DNA from: Promethearchaeum syntrophicum
GTDB taxonomy: Archaea; Asgardarchaeota; Lokiarchaeia; Sigyniarchaeales; Promethearchaeaceae
Assembly (NCBI RefSeq): GCF_008000775.2
Contig: NZ_CP042905.2
Span: 3,780,001-3,812,000, forward strand
DNA length: 32,000 nt
Reading direction: 5' to 3'
In this document: one piece after another, positions 9,120-17,894 of the stretch
How positions within the stretch are numbered: the stretch's first letter is position 1
Layout of the letters: each line of letters begins with the position of its first letter
Position numbers and translations under genes: made by a program
Notes under the pieces: model-generated
The model's database searches: none
What the model was told of the DNA's origin: nothing
What the model saw: the letters and a program-made list of their open reading frames with translations, nothing else

Positions 9120-9127
9120 ATGAAGGT

Positions 9128-10003
9128 ATGACTATGAATTTTCTAACTTATTTTAAAGAAAAAGCAAAAAAATTTGAAAGAATAATAGGGATTGGTCTAT
9201 CCAATGATATAGAAATAACTGAAAACATCATTCAGATAGCAAAGAAGATCGTAAAATCAACAAAAAATGAAGTTTTGCTTGTTGGAGACCATTCTACTAT
9301 TGATGTAATAAAAAAAAAAAAACAGAAATTAAATAAAAATATAAAATTCATTGCTAGTTCGGAACCGGCAAATTTTTTAGCACACCAATTATTTCAAGAA
9401 CATTCTTTGGATGCCATTATTCGTGGAGGCTTAAGCTCATCTGAATTTATTAAAAAAATTAAGAATTTCGGAAAATATGAAAAAATTAATCGTTTAGCCT
9501 TATTAGAAACAAATACGGGAAAACAATTCTTTTTTGCAGGTGTTGGGATAGATGAAATTAATAATTTTGAACAAAAATTTGAACTGATGCAAAATTCAAT
9601 TGTTTTCTTAAATAAAATTGGAATAACTCCCAAGATAGGAATATTATCTGGAGGCCGCAATAGTGATTTAGGACGGGACTCTTGGATCGATGAAAATATA
9701 AAAAGCTCAATTAGATTAGAAGAAAAATTAATAGAATTATATCCCAATATTACTATTAAACATTATCAGATCTTAATTGAGGCAGCTATTTCTGATAATG
9801 TGAATCTAATTCTTGCACCTGAAGGAATTGCGGGAAATTTAATATATAGAACACTTGTACATTTAGGCGGGGGAAGATCCTATGGAGCCATATATTTGAA
9901 ATCATATAATAACAATAAAATAATTATCGATTGCTCGAGAATCGCACCAAAATTTGAAATTGAGGGAGCGTTCTATTTCGCTCTTGGTGTTCAATCCGAA
10001 TAA
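9128..10003 (+). CDS. MtxX-like protein (methanogenesis marker 4 family; phosphate acyltransferase/PlsX-like fold)
   Basis: IRGGLSSSEF, FAGVGIDE, PKIGILSGGRNSDLGRD, NLILAPEGIAGNLIYRTLVHLGGGRSYGAIYL. The upstream part of the track ORF overlaps the preceding gene, so the start is moved to ATG 9128. Confidence 0.6.
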   Translation: MTMNFLTYFKEKAKKFERIIGIGLSNDIEITENIIQIAKKIVKSTKNEVLLVGDHSTIDVIKKKKQKLNKNIKFIASSEPANFLAHQLFQEHSLDAIIRGGLSSSEFIKKIKNFGKYEKINRLALLETNTGKQFFFAGVGIDEINNFEQKFELMQNSIVFLNKIGITPKIGILSGGRNSDLGRDSWIDENIKSSIRLEEKLIELYPNITIKHYQILIEAAISDNVNLILAPEGIAGNLIYRTLVHLGGGRSYGAIYLKSYNNNKIIIDCSRIAPKFEIEGAFYFALGVQSE

Positions 10004-10032
10004 TTTAAAACAATATAAAATCTGATAATGTT

Positions 10033-10380
10033 ATGGATCCTAAAAAGAAGCATCCTTTGAAATACAAATTGAAATTAATTGTAAATCAGCATAGAATCGG
10101 TACTAAACCTTATATTTTGAATACTTTGGGAAATCTTTGTCAAGGATTTTTATCTGAACTAAAAGATGTTCCTAAAAATGAGAAGATCAATATTTTGATT
10201 GTTCCTAATTCAAAAGAAGATGAAAAAGTCAAAATTTTTAGTCCTTCAGAAACAATTCCCATCCAAATATTTGTTCAAGATTTAATCATGAAAACACTGT
10301 TGGGATTTATTTCAACTTTAGAAGGGATTCCCGATGATTTAGAAAATTCAGAAACCAAAATAATGATTGAACCTAAATGA
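10033..10380 (+). CDS. Conserved hypothetical protein
   Basis: 115-aa ORF in a co-directional gene string; its stop overlaps the next start as ATGA at 10377. Confidence 0.5.
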   Translation: MDPKKKHPLKYKLKLIVNQHRIGTKPYILNTLGNLCQGFLSELKDVPKNEKINILIVPNSKEDEKVKIFSPSETIPIQIFVQDLIMKTLLGFISTLEGIPDDLENSETKIMIEPK

Positions 10381-11231
10381 ATGAATTAAAGAGATATTTA
10401 ATTAAAATTTGGTATATAGGTAGAAATTTTGTTGGATCTCAAAGGCAACCTGAAAAAAGAACTGTAGAAGGAGAATTACTTAAAGCTTTAAAAAAAGCAG
10501 AATATCTTACAGAGACCCAAGTATCAAGTTTCAAAGCAGCAGCACGCACAGATGCAGGAGTTCATGCAAAAGAAGCAGCGTTCTGCTTTAATTCTATGGA
10601 AAAAATTTATATTCAAAGAATTGAATCATTTTTACCAGACGATATAGGCATTATTGGATATCAAGAGGTTAATTTAGAATTCCATCCTCGTTGGGAAGTA
10701 GAAATGAAGGAATATAAATGCATATATGTTTTAAAAGAAGGAGAAAATCCATCATTAAGTTTAATGAAAGAGGCATTAAAGTTTTATGAAGGAAATCATG
10801 ATTTTAAATTATTTTCAAAAACAGATGCTTCTAAAAAGAATAAATTAACTAATCTTACTATGAATAAAGCGAGTGTGGCTAATTATGATGAAGATAAACA
10901 GACATTAGTATTTAATTTTCAAAGCAAATCTTTTTTATGGCAACAAATTAGAAGAACTATTGCGTTCATACTGAAGATTGGGAATGGAAAAGCGAATTTA
11001 GAAGATTTGAAAGCAAAATTGGATCCTCAATCATTCAATAATCCATCCATAAAAAGAGATAAACCAATTGAACCAGGAGGATTAATACTCTGGAAGATTG
11101 ATTTTCCCGGAACACTTAATTTTAATTTTGAGAAGAAAAGCTCAAAAAAACAGAATGAATTCATCAAAGAATTTGAGCGAAATTTACACCAACAAAGAAG
11201 CACAATGCGATTATTTCTCACAGAAGATTAA
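10377..11231 (+). CDS. truA: tRNA pseudouridine synthase A
   Basis: AAARTDAGVHA catalytic motif, FEGNHDFKLFS, FLWQQIRRTIAFI. Confidence 0.92.
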   Translation: MNELKRYLIKIWYIGRNFVGSQRQPEKRTVEGELLKALKKAEYLTETQVSSFKAAARTDAGVHAKEAAFCFNSMEKIYIQRIESFLPDDIGIIGYQEVNLEFHPRWEVEMKEYKCIYVLKEGENPSLSLMKEALKFYEGNHDFKLFSKTDASKKNKLTNLTMNKASVANYDEDKQTLVFNFQSKSFLWQQIRRTIAFILKIGNGKANLEDLKAKLDPQSFNNPSIKRDKPIEPGGLILWKIDFPGTLNFNFEKKSSKKQNEFIKEFERNLHQQRSTMRLFLTED

Positions 11232-11241
11232 GGGATGAAAT

Positions 11242-12120
11242 ATGAATAGAAAATTAACAGATATCTTAGTAGGAAGACCACATTTAGATGAATTGCCCGA
11301 ATCTGCAAAAAGAGCCTACTATATTACTTCCAACTCAAATGTTCCAATTCAAAATCTAGAAGAAATTGCACAATATATTTGGAACCGTATTGATAAGGTA
11401 AATGTGGTTTCTATTTTTACAGGGTTTTACAGTAAATATGGTTATGAAACTGATGGTCCTGTGGGATCTTTAATATTAGCAGATTTTTTTGCAAAAGCCA
11501 ATATTTCGGTTCAGATTTGCTGTGAAACTGATCTTTTGGATATTATGAGACCAATCGCAAGTGAACTTTCTTTGTCAAAATTGATTTCCTTCACGAAATT
11601 TGAAAATTTTTTTTATAAGAAGAACTCAATTTTGATTACCATTGAAAGACCTGGTGAAAATAGCAGAGGAATTTGCCATTCTATGAATGGAAAAAAAATC
11701 AATCATTCAATCCTTCCAATAGAGTTAGAAATCCAAAAAAATCCACCAAACGCATGGATTTCAATCGGTGATGGAGGAAATGAATTAGGAACGGGTTATT
11801 ATCGAACTGCTGTCGAAAAAGTTATCCGATATGGAAAACAATGTAAATGTGGTTGTGGAGGAGGAATTGCAGCATATAAAAAAGCAGATAGATGCATTTT
11901 ATCAACAACCTCAAATTTTGGAGCGGTTTCTCTTTCATTGGAGTTAGCTAAACAGAACAATATCGAATGGAAAGTATCTACAATTAAAGTCACCAAAATT
12001 ATTGAGAGTCTTAATAAACTAGGGATAAAAGATGGAGTAACAGAAAAAGCAGGCACAGTTGATGGTATATCGGTTGATTTAAGGAATAAAATGTATGATC
12101 TGTTGAAATTTTCATTTTAA
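11242..12120 (+). CDS. DUF4392 / D-glutamate cyclase-like protein
   Basis: FTGFYSKYGYETDGPVGSLILAD and ISIGDGGNELGTG match the DUF4392 pattern. Confidence 0.65.
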   Translation: MNRKLTDILVGRPHLDELPESAKRAYYITSNSNVPIQNLEEIAQYIWNRIDKVNVVSIFTGFYSKYGYETDGPVGSLILADFFAKANISVQICCETDLLDIMRPIASELSLSKLISFTKFENFFYKKNSILITIERPGENSRGICHSMNGKKINHSILPIELEIQKNPPNAWISIGDGGNELGTGYYRTAVEKVIRYGKQCKCGCGGGIAAYKKADRCILSTTSNFGAVSLSLELAKQNNIEWKVSTIKVTKIIESLNKLGIKDGVTEKAGTVDGISVDLRNKMYDLLKFSF

Positions 12121-13098
12121 ATCTTTAGGATTTGAATCCATAATTGCCATTTTTCCAATTAAAGCATTTAATTGAATCTCTTCGGTAGCGCCTTGTGATA
12201 ATCGGTATTCATACTCTGCTAGTATTTTTATAATATCCATTTTTGTTCTCTCATCAACATCCAAATTAAATGTCTCTTGGTGCATTTGTCTAACAATATT
12301 GCGTCCAGAAAGCCCGTAAGAATTAAAAAATTCATCTAATTTTCTTTTTGCAATCATAAATTGTTGAGCTAACGCAGCTTTCATTAGGATTCTTATTTCT
12401 TGAGGATTAATTTTTCCTGTAATTTGATAAACTATTTCTTCAGATACAACATCACCGATAGATGAACATGCTTGCAAATAATTAATAGCTCTTCTAAGAT
12501 CCCCATTAGATACATATATTAGCGCATCCATACCATCTGGTTGAATTTTTAAACCTTCATGCTTTACAACTTGTTTAATTCGACCTTTAATTTCATTTTC
12601 AGAAAGGGTTGAAAAACGAAACATTGAAGTCCTCGATTGAATCGGAAGGATTATTTTATTAGAGTAATTACAAATTAATATAAATCTACAATTAGCAGTA
12701 TATTTTTCCATTGTTCTTCTTAAAGCTTGCTGCGCCGCTGCTGTGGTACTATCTGCTTCATCTAAAATTAATATTTTAAATGGGACTCCTTCGGGAGGTT
12801 TAGATTTTGCAAAATCTTTAACATCGGTACGGATAACATCTATTCCACGAGCATCACTAGCATTCAGCTCTAAATAACTGATATTTCGTTTCATCTTTCC
12901 TTTAAACATATCACGAATTAAGGCAAGTGCACATGTAGTTTTGCCAGTCCCAGCAGGACCTGCAAACATCAAATGGGGCATAGAACTATCGTTTACAAAT
13001 ACTTTTAACCGTTTTAATATTTCAGTTTGGCCCACAACATCATCAAGATGGCGAGGTCGATACTTTTCAACCCAGGGTTGCTGACTCTGATTTGACAT
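12112..13098 (-). CDS. rfcS: Replication factor C small subunit (clamp loader)
   Basis: PWVEKYRPRHLDDVVGQ, Walker A AGPAGTGKT, ILDEAD, SRTSMFRF. Confidence 0.95.
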   Translation of the reverse strand: MSNQSQQPWVEKYRPRHLDDVVGQTEILKRLKVFVNDSSMPHLMFAGPAGTGKTTCALALIRDMFKGKMKRNISYLELNASDARGIDVIRTDVKDFAKSKPPEGVPFKILILDEADSTTAAAQQALRRTMEKYTANCRFILICNYSNKIILPIQSRTSMFRFSTLSENEIKGRIKQVVKHEGLKIQPDGMDALIYVSNGDLRRAINYLQACSSIGDVVSEEIVYQITGKINPQEIRILMKAALAQQFMIAKRKLDEFFNSYGLSGRNIVRQMHQETFNLDVDERTKMDIIKILAEYEYRLSQGATEEIQLNALIGKMAIMDSNPKDLK

Positions 13099-13172
13099 AA
13101 TTCACATTAAATAAATATAATTTAAATAAAAATATGATTGTTAAAGCGATTTTTTAGATTTATTAAATTTCA

Positions 13173-14567
13173 TTAAAATAACTCATTCAGCTCTAAAAAA
13201 AGCTGCTGCAGTTTAGGATAGGTCAGTTTTATATATTGATTTTGTTTGGAAAGTCCAATTGAAGACACTTTTTTAAATGCAGCTTGAGTGGTTAATAATC
13301 TGATTTCAATATACTTTTTATGGAGATGAATTTTAGTGTTTGGATCATTTTTCATTGGTTTTATAACTTCATTCAATTGATTAAGAATGTCAAGTATTTC
13401 TTCGTATTTCCGTCCAGGCTCATAAGATTTCTCCATAAAATTGTTTAATCTTTGCAAAATTATAAAATAAAATTCATAGTACGAATTGACATTATTGAAA
13501 TCTATCCTAAATTTTGAACGTTTGAACATAGTAGCACTCATTTGCCAATAAAAAGGGTATTTCAAAGCATATGGATATAAAAGTTGGTTTATTTTCAGAG
13601 ATAATAGACCATTTTGTACTCTATAATCTTCTTTTCCTTGTTGTAGATTTATTAGATCCTCCTTAATTTCAGCAGATTCATTTTCTGGATTTAATGATAG
13701 AAGATCGATTCGAGGGAAAAATTTTACAAGTGAGCGACTTAAGTCTTTCTGGGGAAAAGAATGGCAAGGAACAACCGGAGTACCTAGTTTAAAATATAAA
13801 TATGTTAGTAATTGAGGGCAAGGTATGAGAAATTTATATTTTTCTCTCTTGTAAATAAAAGGAACACGGAGCTGTCGGTGATTGAAATAATCTTGCATGA
13901 TAAAAACACAGCGGTTTTTATTCAAATGATCTTCAATTTCAGCAGATAATGTCTTAAAATCAGAGGTTACGGGGATAAACAGATTATTGCAGCGTTTCAA
14001 CCAAGGTTGAAAAAGAAATTCATTTTCCTTAGAAGCAATGATTACCACTTCGTTTTTCTGTATTTTATTTTCAATCTTGATTTTAGTATGAACAAGAACT
14101 GAAACAGGATGATAAATTTCTCCCATATGTATAAAAGGAATTAAAACACCTTTCTTTTCTTGAAGGGCATCTAGGATTTCATTATAATTTTCCATTTTTA
14201 CATATTGATTAATACTTTGAAACGTATGCTTTGGTATATTAAAAGTGACATCCAAAAACAGATCACCCATATAAGATATAATTTGCAATGCCCAGCGCAT
14301 CATATTTACTTTTTGAAGGAATTCTTTACAATATAGAAAAATCCAGGCTTTTTTCAATATTGGGAATACTTTTTTTAATAGAAAAGGTCCTAAAATTATC
14401 GATACTAATCGAAAAGGAAGGAAAGATTTTTTGCCAATATGACGATATATGCCAGATGTTTGGATATAATGTGCAAAACGAAAGATAGGATTATAATCTA
14501 TGAAATTTTTGTGCATCTTCATTTTTGCAGTCTTATCTAAAGTTCTTGAATTGTTTTCAATATCCAA
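13173..14567 (-). CDS. LpxL/HtrB-like lysophospholipid acyltransferase-type protein, copy 1
   Basis: KKGVLIPFIHMGEIYHP, L...NRCVFIMQDYF...LRVPFI, LGTPVVPC follow the block order of the bacterial LpxL/HtrB acyltransferase family. Same length as and largely gapless to 14739-16133. Apparent TTG start; in-frame ATG 16 codons in is the alternative. Confidence 0.55.
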   Translation of the reverse strand: MDIENNSRTLDKTAKMKMHKNFIDYNPIFRFAHYIQTSGIYRHIGKKSFLPFRLVSIILGPFLLKKVFPILKKAWIFLYCKEFLQKVNMMRWALQIISYMGDLFLDVTFNIPKHTFQSINQYVKMENYNEILDALQEKKGVLIPFIHMGEIYHPVSVLVHTKIKIENKIQKNEVVIIASKENEFLFQPWLKRCNNLFIPVTSDFKTLSAEIEDHLNKNRCVFIMQDYFNHRQLRVPFIYKREKYKFLIPCPQLLTYLYFKLGTPVVPCHSFPQKDLSRSLVKFFPRIDLLSLNPENESAEIKEDLINLQQGKEDYRVQNGLLSLKINQLLYPYALKYPFYWQMSATMFKRSKFRIDFNNVNSYYEFYFIILQRLNNFMEKSYEPGRKYEEILDILNQLNEVIKPMKNDPNTKIHLHKKYIEIRLLTTQAAFKKVSSIGLSKQNQYIKLTYPKLQQLFLELNELF

Positions 14568-14572
14568 ATCGA

Positions 14573-14586
14573 CTCATCTCAAAATA
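14573..14586 (-). promoter_or_regulatory. Conserved block TATTTTGAGATGAG upstream of copy 1 (SD-like GAGATGA)
   Basis: ctcatctcaaaata begins 6 nt beyond the start codon edge; identical block and spacing upstream of copy 2. Confidence 0.5.
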
Positions 14587-14621
14587 AATTCTCATTAAAT
14601 ATTTTTCTAAATTATGATAAG

Positions 14622-14633
14622 AATAAAAAGCCT
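14622..14633 (-). promoter_or_regulatory. Conserved block AGGCTTTTTATT (TATA-like) upstream of copy 1
   Basis: aataaaaagcct at offset 55 from the start codon edge; identical sequence and offset upstream of copy 2. Confidence 0.45.
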
Positions 14634-14738
14634 TGGATTGAATTTTATCAAAGTTACATTAATTGCTGACTCCCAAATCTGTAAATGAGTTGAGAAGAAT
14701 CAAAAAATATGAGAAATTGATATTTTGTATAATAAGCA

Positions 14739-16133
14739 TTAAAAAAGGTTGATCAACTCTAAAAATAATTGCTGAATTTTTGGATAGTTTTGTTTTACAT
14801 AATGATTTCGCTTGGAAAGTGCAATTGAAGCCACCTTGTTTATTGCCGCTTGTGTCGATAATAATCCGATTTGAATATATTTTCTATGAATATTGAATTT
14901 GGTTTTCGGATCAACATTCATTGGTTTAATTTCATCATTCAAAAGATTAATAATCTCGAGAATTCTCGTATCTTTACGTCCTGGTTCATAGGATTTTTCA
15001 ATAAAAGTTTTTAATCTTTTTAAAATAATTGTGTAAAACTCATAATAGGATTTTACATTATTGAATTCAATTTTATAGCTTGAACGTTTAAATAAGGTAT
15101 ATATCATCTGCCAGTAATAGGGATATTTCAATGCATATGGATATAGAAGCTGATTGATTTTTAATGATAAAAGTCCATTTTGTTGTCTATAATTTAATTT
15201 ATTTTGACGCAATTTTAGAAGGTCCTCTCTAATTTCTGGAGATTCTTTATCTGGATCTAACAAATTTATATCAATTTTTGGAAAAAATTTAACCCGAGAT
15301 CTCGACATATCTTTTTCGGGTAATGAAAGACAAGGAACAATCGGAGTTCCTAATTTGTAATGACAAAATGACAATAATTGGGGACATGGGATTAAGAAAT
15401 TGTATTTTTTACTCCCGTATATAAACGGAACCCTCAGCTGATGTTTTTTAAAATAATCTTGCATGATAAAAACGCTTCGATTTTTAATTAAATGTTCTTC
15501 AATTTCTTTGGATAGAATTTTAAAATCAGCTGTGACAGGGATGGATAAATTATCACAACGTTTCAGCCATGGTTGAAAGAGAAATTCATTTTCCTTGGAA
15601 GCTATTATAACCACACCATTTTTTTGTACTTTATCATGAATTTTGACTTTAGTGTGGACTAGAGCTGAAATCGGATGATACATTTCCGCCATATGGATGA
15701 AAGGAATTAAAATTCCTTTATCTCCTTGCAGTGCTTTTTGAACCTCATCGAAACCTTCTAGTTTACAAAATCTATTCATGGAATCAAAATTATGATTAGG
15801 TACGAAAAAAGTTATATCTAAGAACATATCTCCCGTGTAAGAAATTAATTCTAAAGCCCATCTCTTTAAGTTTACTTTATGAATAATTTGTTTTGGATAT
15901 AGAAATTTCCAAGCTCTTTCAACAGTAGAATACCCTTTTTTAAGGATTAAAGGTCCAAGAATAATAGATAATAATCGGAAGGGATAAAACGGGAAACGGG
16001 AAAACTTACGATATATACCAGATGTTTGAATGTAATGCGCAAAGCGAAAAAGAGGATTGTAATCGATGAAGTTTTTATGAATTTTCATTGATGCTTTCTT
16101 ATCTAAAGATCTGGACTGATTTTCAACAACCAA
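14739..16133 (-). CDS. LpxL/HtrB-like lysophospholipid acyltransferase-type protein, copy 2
   Basis: Paralog of 13173-14567 with the same blocks: KGILIPFIHMAEMYHP, NRSVFIMQDYF, LRVPFIYG, LGTPIVPC. Apparent TTG start. Confidence 0.55.
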   Translation of the reverse strand: MVVENQSRSLDKKASMKIHKNFIDYNPLFRFAHYIQTSGIYRKFSRFPFYPFRLLSIILGPLILKKGYSTVERAWKFLYPKQIIHKVNLKRWALELISYTGDMFLDITFFVPNHNFDSMNRFCKLEGFDEVQKALQGDKGILIPFIHMAEMYHPISALVHTKVKIHDKVQKNGVVIIASKENEFLFQPWLKRCDNLSIPVTADFKILSKEIEEHLIKNRSVFIMQDYFKKHQLRVPFIYGSKKYNFLIPCPQLLSFCHYKLGTPIVPCLSLPEKDMSRSRVKFFPKIDINLLDPDKESPEIREDLLKLRQNKLNYRQQNGLLSLKINQLLYPYALKYPYYWQMIYTLFKRSSYKIEFNNVKSYYEFYTIILKRLKTFIEKSYEPGRKDTRILEIINLLNDEIKPMNVDPKTKFNIHRKYIQIGLLSTQAAINKVASIALSKRNHYVKQNYPKIQQLFLELINLF

Positions 16134-16138
16134 TGTTT

Positions 16139-16152
16139 CTCATCTCAAAATA
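16139..16152 (-). promoter_or_regulatory. Conserved block TATTTTGAGATGAG upstream of copy 2 (SD-like GAGATGA)
   Basis: ctcatctcaaaata at the same distance from the start codon as in copy 1. Confidence 0.5.
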
Positions 16153-16187
16153 GTTCTTTTAATGTATTTTTTTTTAATTACTAAATA

Positions 16188-16199
16188 AATAAAAAGCCT
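16188..16199 (-). promoter_or_regulatory. Conserved block AGGCTTTTTATT (TATA-like) upstream of copy 2
   Basis: aataaaaagcct, same offset (55) as in copy 1. Confidence 0.45.
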
Positions 16200-16342
16200 A
16201 TGGTTTAAAATATGAAAAAAAAATGAGTATTTGCCAAATCTATATAGTAAGGTGTTTATTTTTAGAAAAACTGTCAAGAAACCTAATTGAATTTATTAAA
16301 AAGAATAAAAAACAATTAAAAAATAACTGTAAAAAAACATAT

Positions 16343-17050
16343 TTAATTTTTTACAAGAAATCCACGTGCGATCTCAATCATTCCAATATTTAAGCATACT
16401 TGACCTATTATTTCTAAAACTATACCACCAGTCCCTGCTATCAAATTACCAACCAAAAACAGAGTAATTCCTAAAATAATAAATATCATGCCGATCGAAA
16501 ATAATTTCAACTGTTTTTTGACCTTTTCAGCTTGAGCTTGTTTTACCAAACTTACAAACTTAAAAAGAACATAAAACACTATAGCTAAGCGATAAAGTGT
16601 AATATATGCTAATAAGATAGGATCAGTACTAGTGTTTACTTCTCCTTGATTATATAAATTCATATCTTCTATCGTTGGATATTCGATTGCATATCCTACG
16701 ATTGAAGTTAAAAATAGACCAAATGCTATTAGTAGATATTTTGGTTTTATAGCGATAACTTCCGAATATTGAAGAATGAATTCAGTCATAAGCAAACAGG
16801 CTAGACTTAAATTGAGGAGAACATTGGTTGTCACCATTATAGCTAAGGTTAGGCTTGCATCCGTTGTTATCAGGTGATATACAGTGAAACCCCCAAATCC
16901 AAGCGCAACAAATAAGAAAAACAGAGCAAAGAATCGATTTAACCAATAATCTGGATTCTTTCTGATCTCTACGACTGCACTGATTAACGCAACAATAACG
17001 GTGATTATGGATAAAATAATCTTGACTTGACCCAAAGTAATAGGTGCCAT
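16343..17050 (-). CDS. Multi-pass (about 7 TM) membrane protein of unknown function
   Basis: 235 aa with about seven hydrophobic stretches; no catalytic motif recognised. Confidence 0.6.
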   Translation of the reverse strand: MAPITLGQVKIILSIITVIVALISAVVEIRKNPDYWLNRFFALFFLFVALGFGGFTVYHLITTDASLTLAIMVTTNVLLNLSLACLLMTEFILQYSEVIAIKPKYLLIAFGLFLTSIVGYAIEYPTIEDMNLYNQGEVNTSTDPILLAYITLYRLAIVFYVLFKFVSLVKQAQAEKVKKQLKLFSIGMIFIILGITLFLVGNLIAGTGGIVLEIIGQVCLNIGMIEIARGFLVKN

Positions 17051-17130
17051 ACTTATTCAATTAGAATCTTCACTAAATAAATCTTTTCAAATAATATTAA
17101 GATGAGAATATAGGAAAAAAGAAAAAAAAT

Positions 17131-17811
17131 TTACCCAGTAATAACTTTAACTACACCCGTGTCGGTGTCAATTAAAACTCCTTCAAGTTTTCCCTCTTGA
17201 CATGTTCCTGAATTAGCATAGATGCGGTTTTCAATTTCTTCATATGTCGAACCATGACAATGACCACAAACAACGATATCATACCCTTTTTCAAATTTTT
17301 TAAGAGCAAATTTTCGAACTTTGTTCCGTAATGCTTGATTCCAAAATTTTTTTTTACAAAAGTGATTATCGATTCCTGGAAAAATTTTTTCAATTCCTCC
17401 TAATATCCATGAAAAAAACCTAGATATTGAAGATTTAAAGCCAGTATCTACTTGAAAACCATGAGTTATAAGTCCTAATTTATTGGTTTTTGTTGTAAAA
17501 TGATAAAACAACCGACCTCTTCTTCTATAATCGTGATTTCCGACTAAAAGCTCAACTCTTTCATCTGTTTCTAAAAAATTTATCATTTTTGGATGAGCGA
17601 CCCTAATTTTTTTCATCTTAACTTGCCATTTTTCATATATATCACCATTAGCAATTATTTTTCCAGGATTATATTGATTAATAAAGGAAATTAATTTATC
17701 CTCTCGCTCCGATGTGACTCCAAAATTACCAAAATCATCCGTTCCTGTTCCATCAGCTAAGTGTAAATCGGAAAAAACAAAAATATAATTTTTATTTATA
17801 TTATTCGACAT
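17131..17811 (-). CDS. Calcineurin-like metallophosphoesterase, LpxH-like
   Basis: FSDLHL, NGDIYEKW, VGNHDY, CGHCHG metal-binding motifs; the Trp after GDxxExW is shared with LpxH-type enzymes. Confidence 0.75.
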   Translation of the reverse strand: MSNNINKNYIFVFSDLHLADGTGTDDFGNFGVTSEREDKLISFINQYNPGKIIANGDIYEKWQVKMKKIRVAHPKMINFLETDERVELLVGNHDYRRRGRLFYHFTTKTNKLGLITHGFQVDTGFKSSISRFFSWILGGIEKIFPGIDNHFCKKKFWNQALRNKVRKFALKKFEKGYDIVVCGHCHGSTYEEIENRIYANSGTCQEGKLEGVLIDTDTGVVKVITG

Positions 17812-17894
17812 TTTCTTAATTAATTTTTAAGATTTTGGACCTAAATAATTTTCGTCTATGAAGTATTTATTAAACCAAAAAAAGGAAAAATATC

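Noticed and set aside
9026-9127. N-terminal extension of the track ORF 9026-10003
   Set aside because: Overlaps the 3' end of the CPBP gene in another frame and adds non-family sequence; ATG 9128 fits better.
9394-12056. Minus-strand ORFs 9394-9747, 11027-11221 and 11799-12056
   Set aside because: Antisense to MtxX-like, truA and DUF4392 genes with clear motifs.
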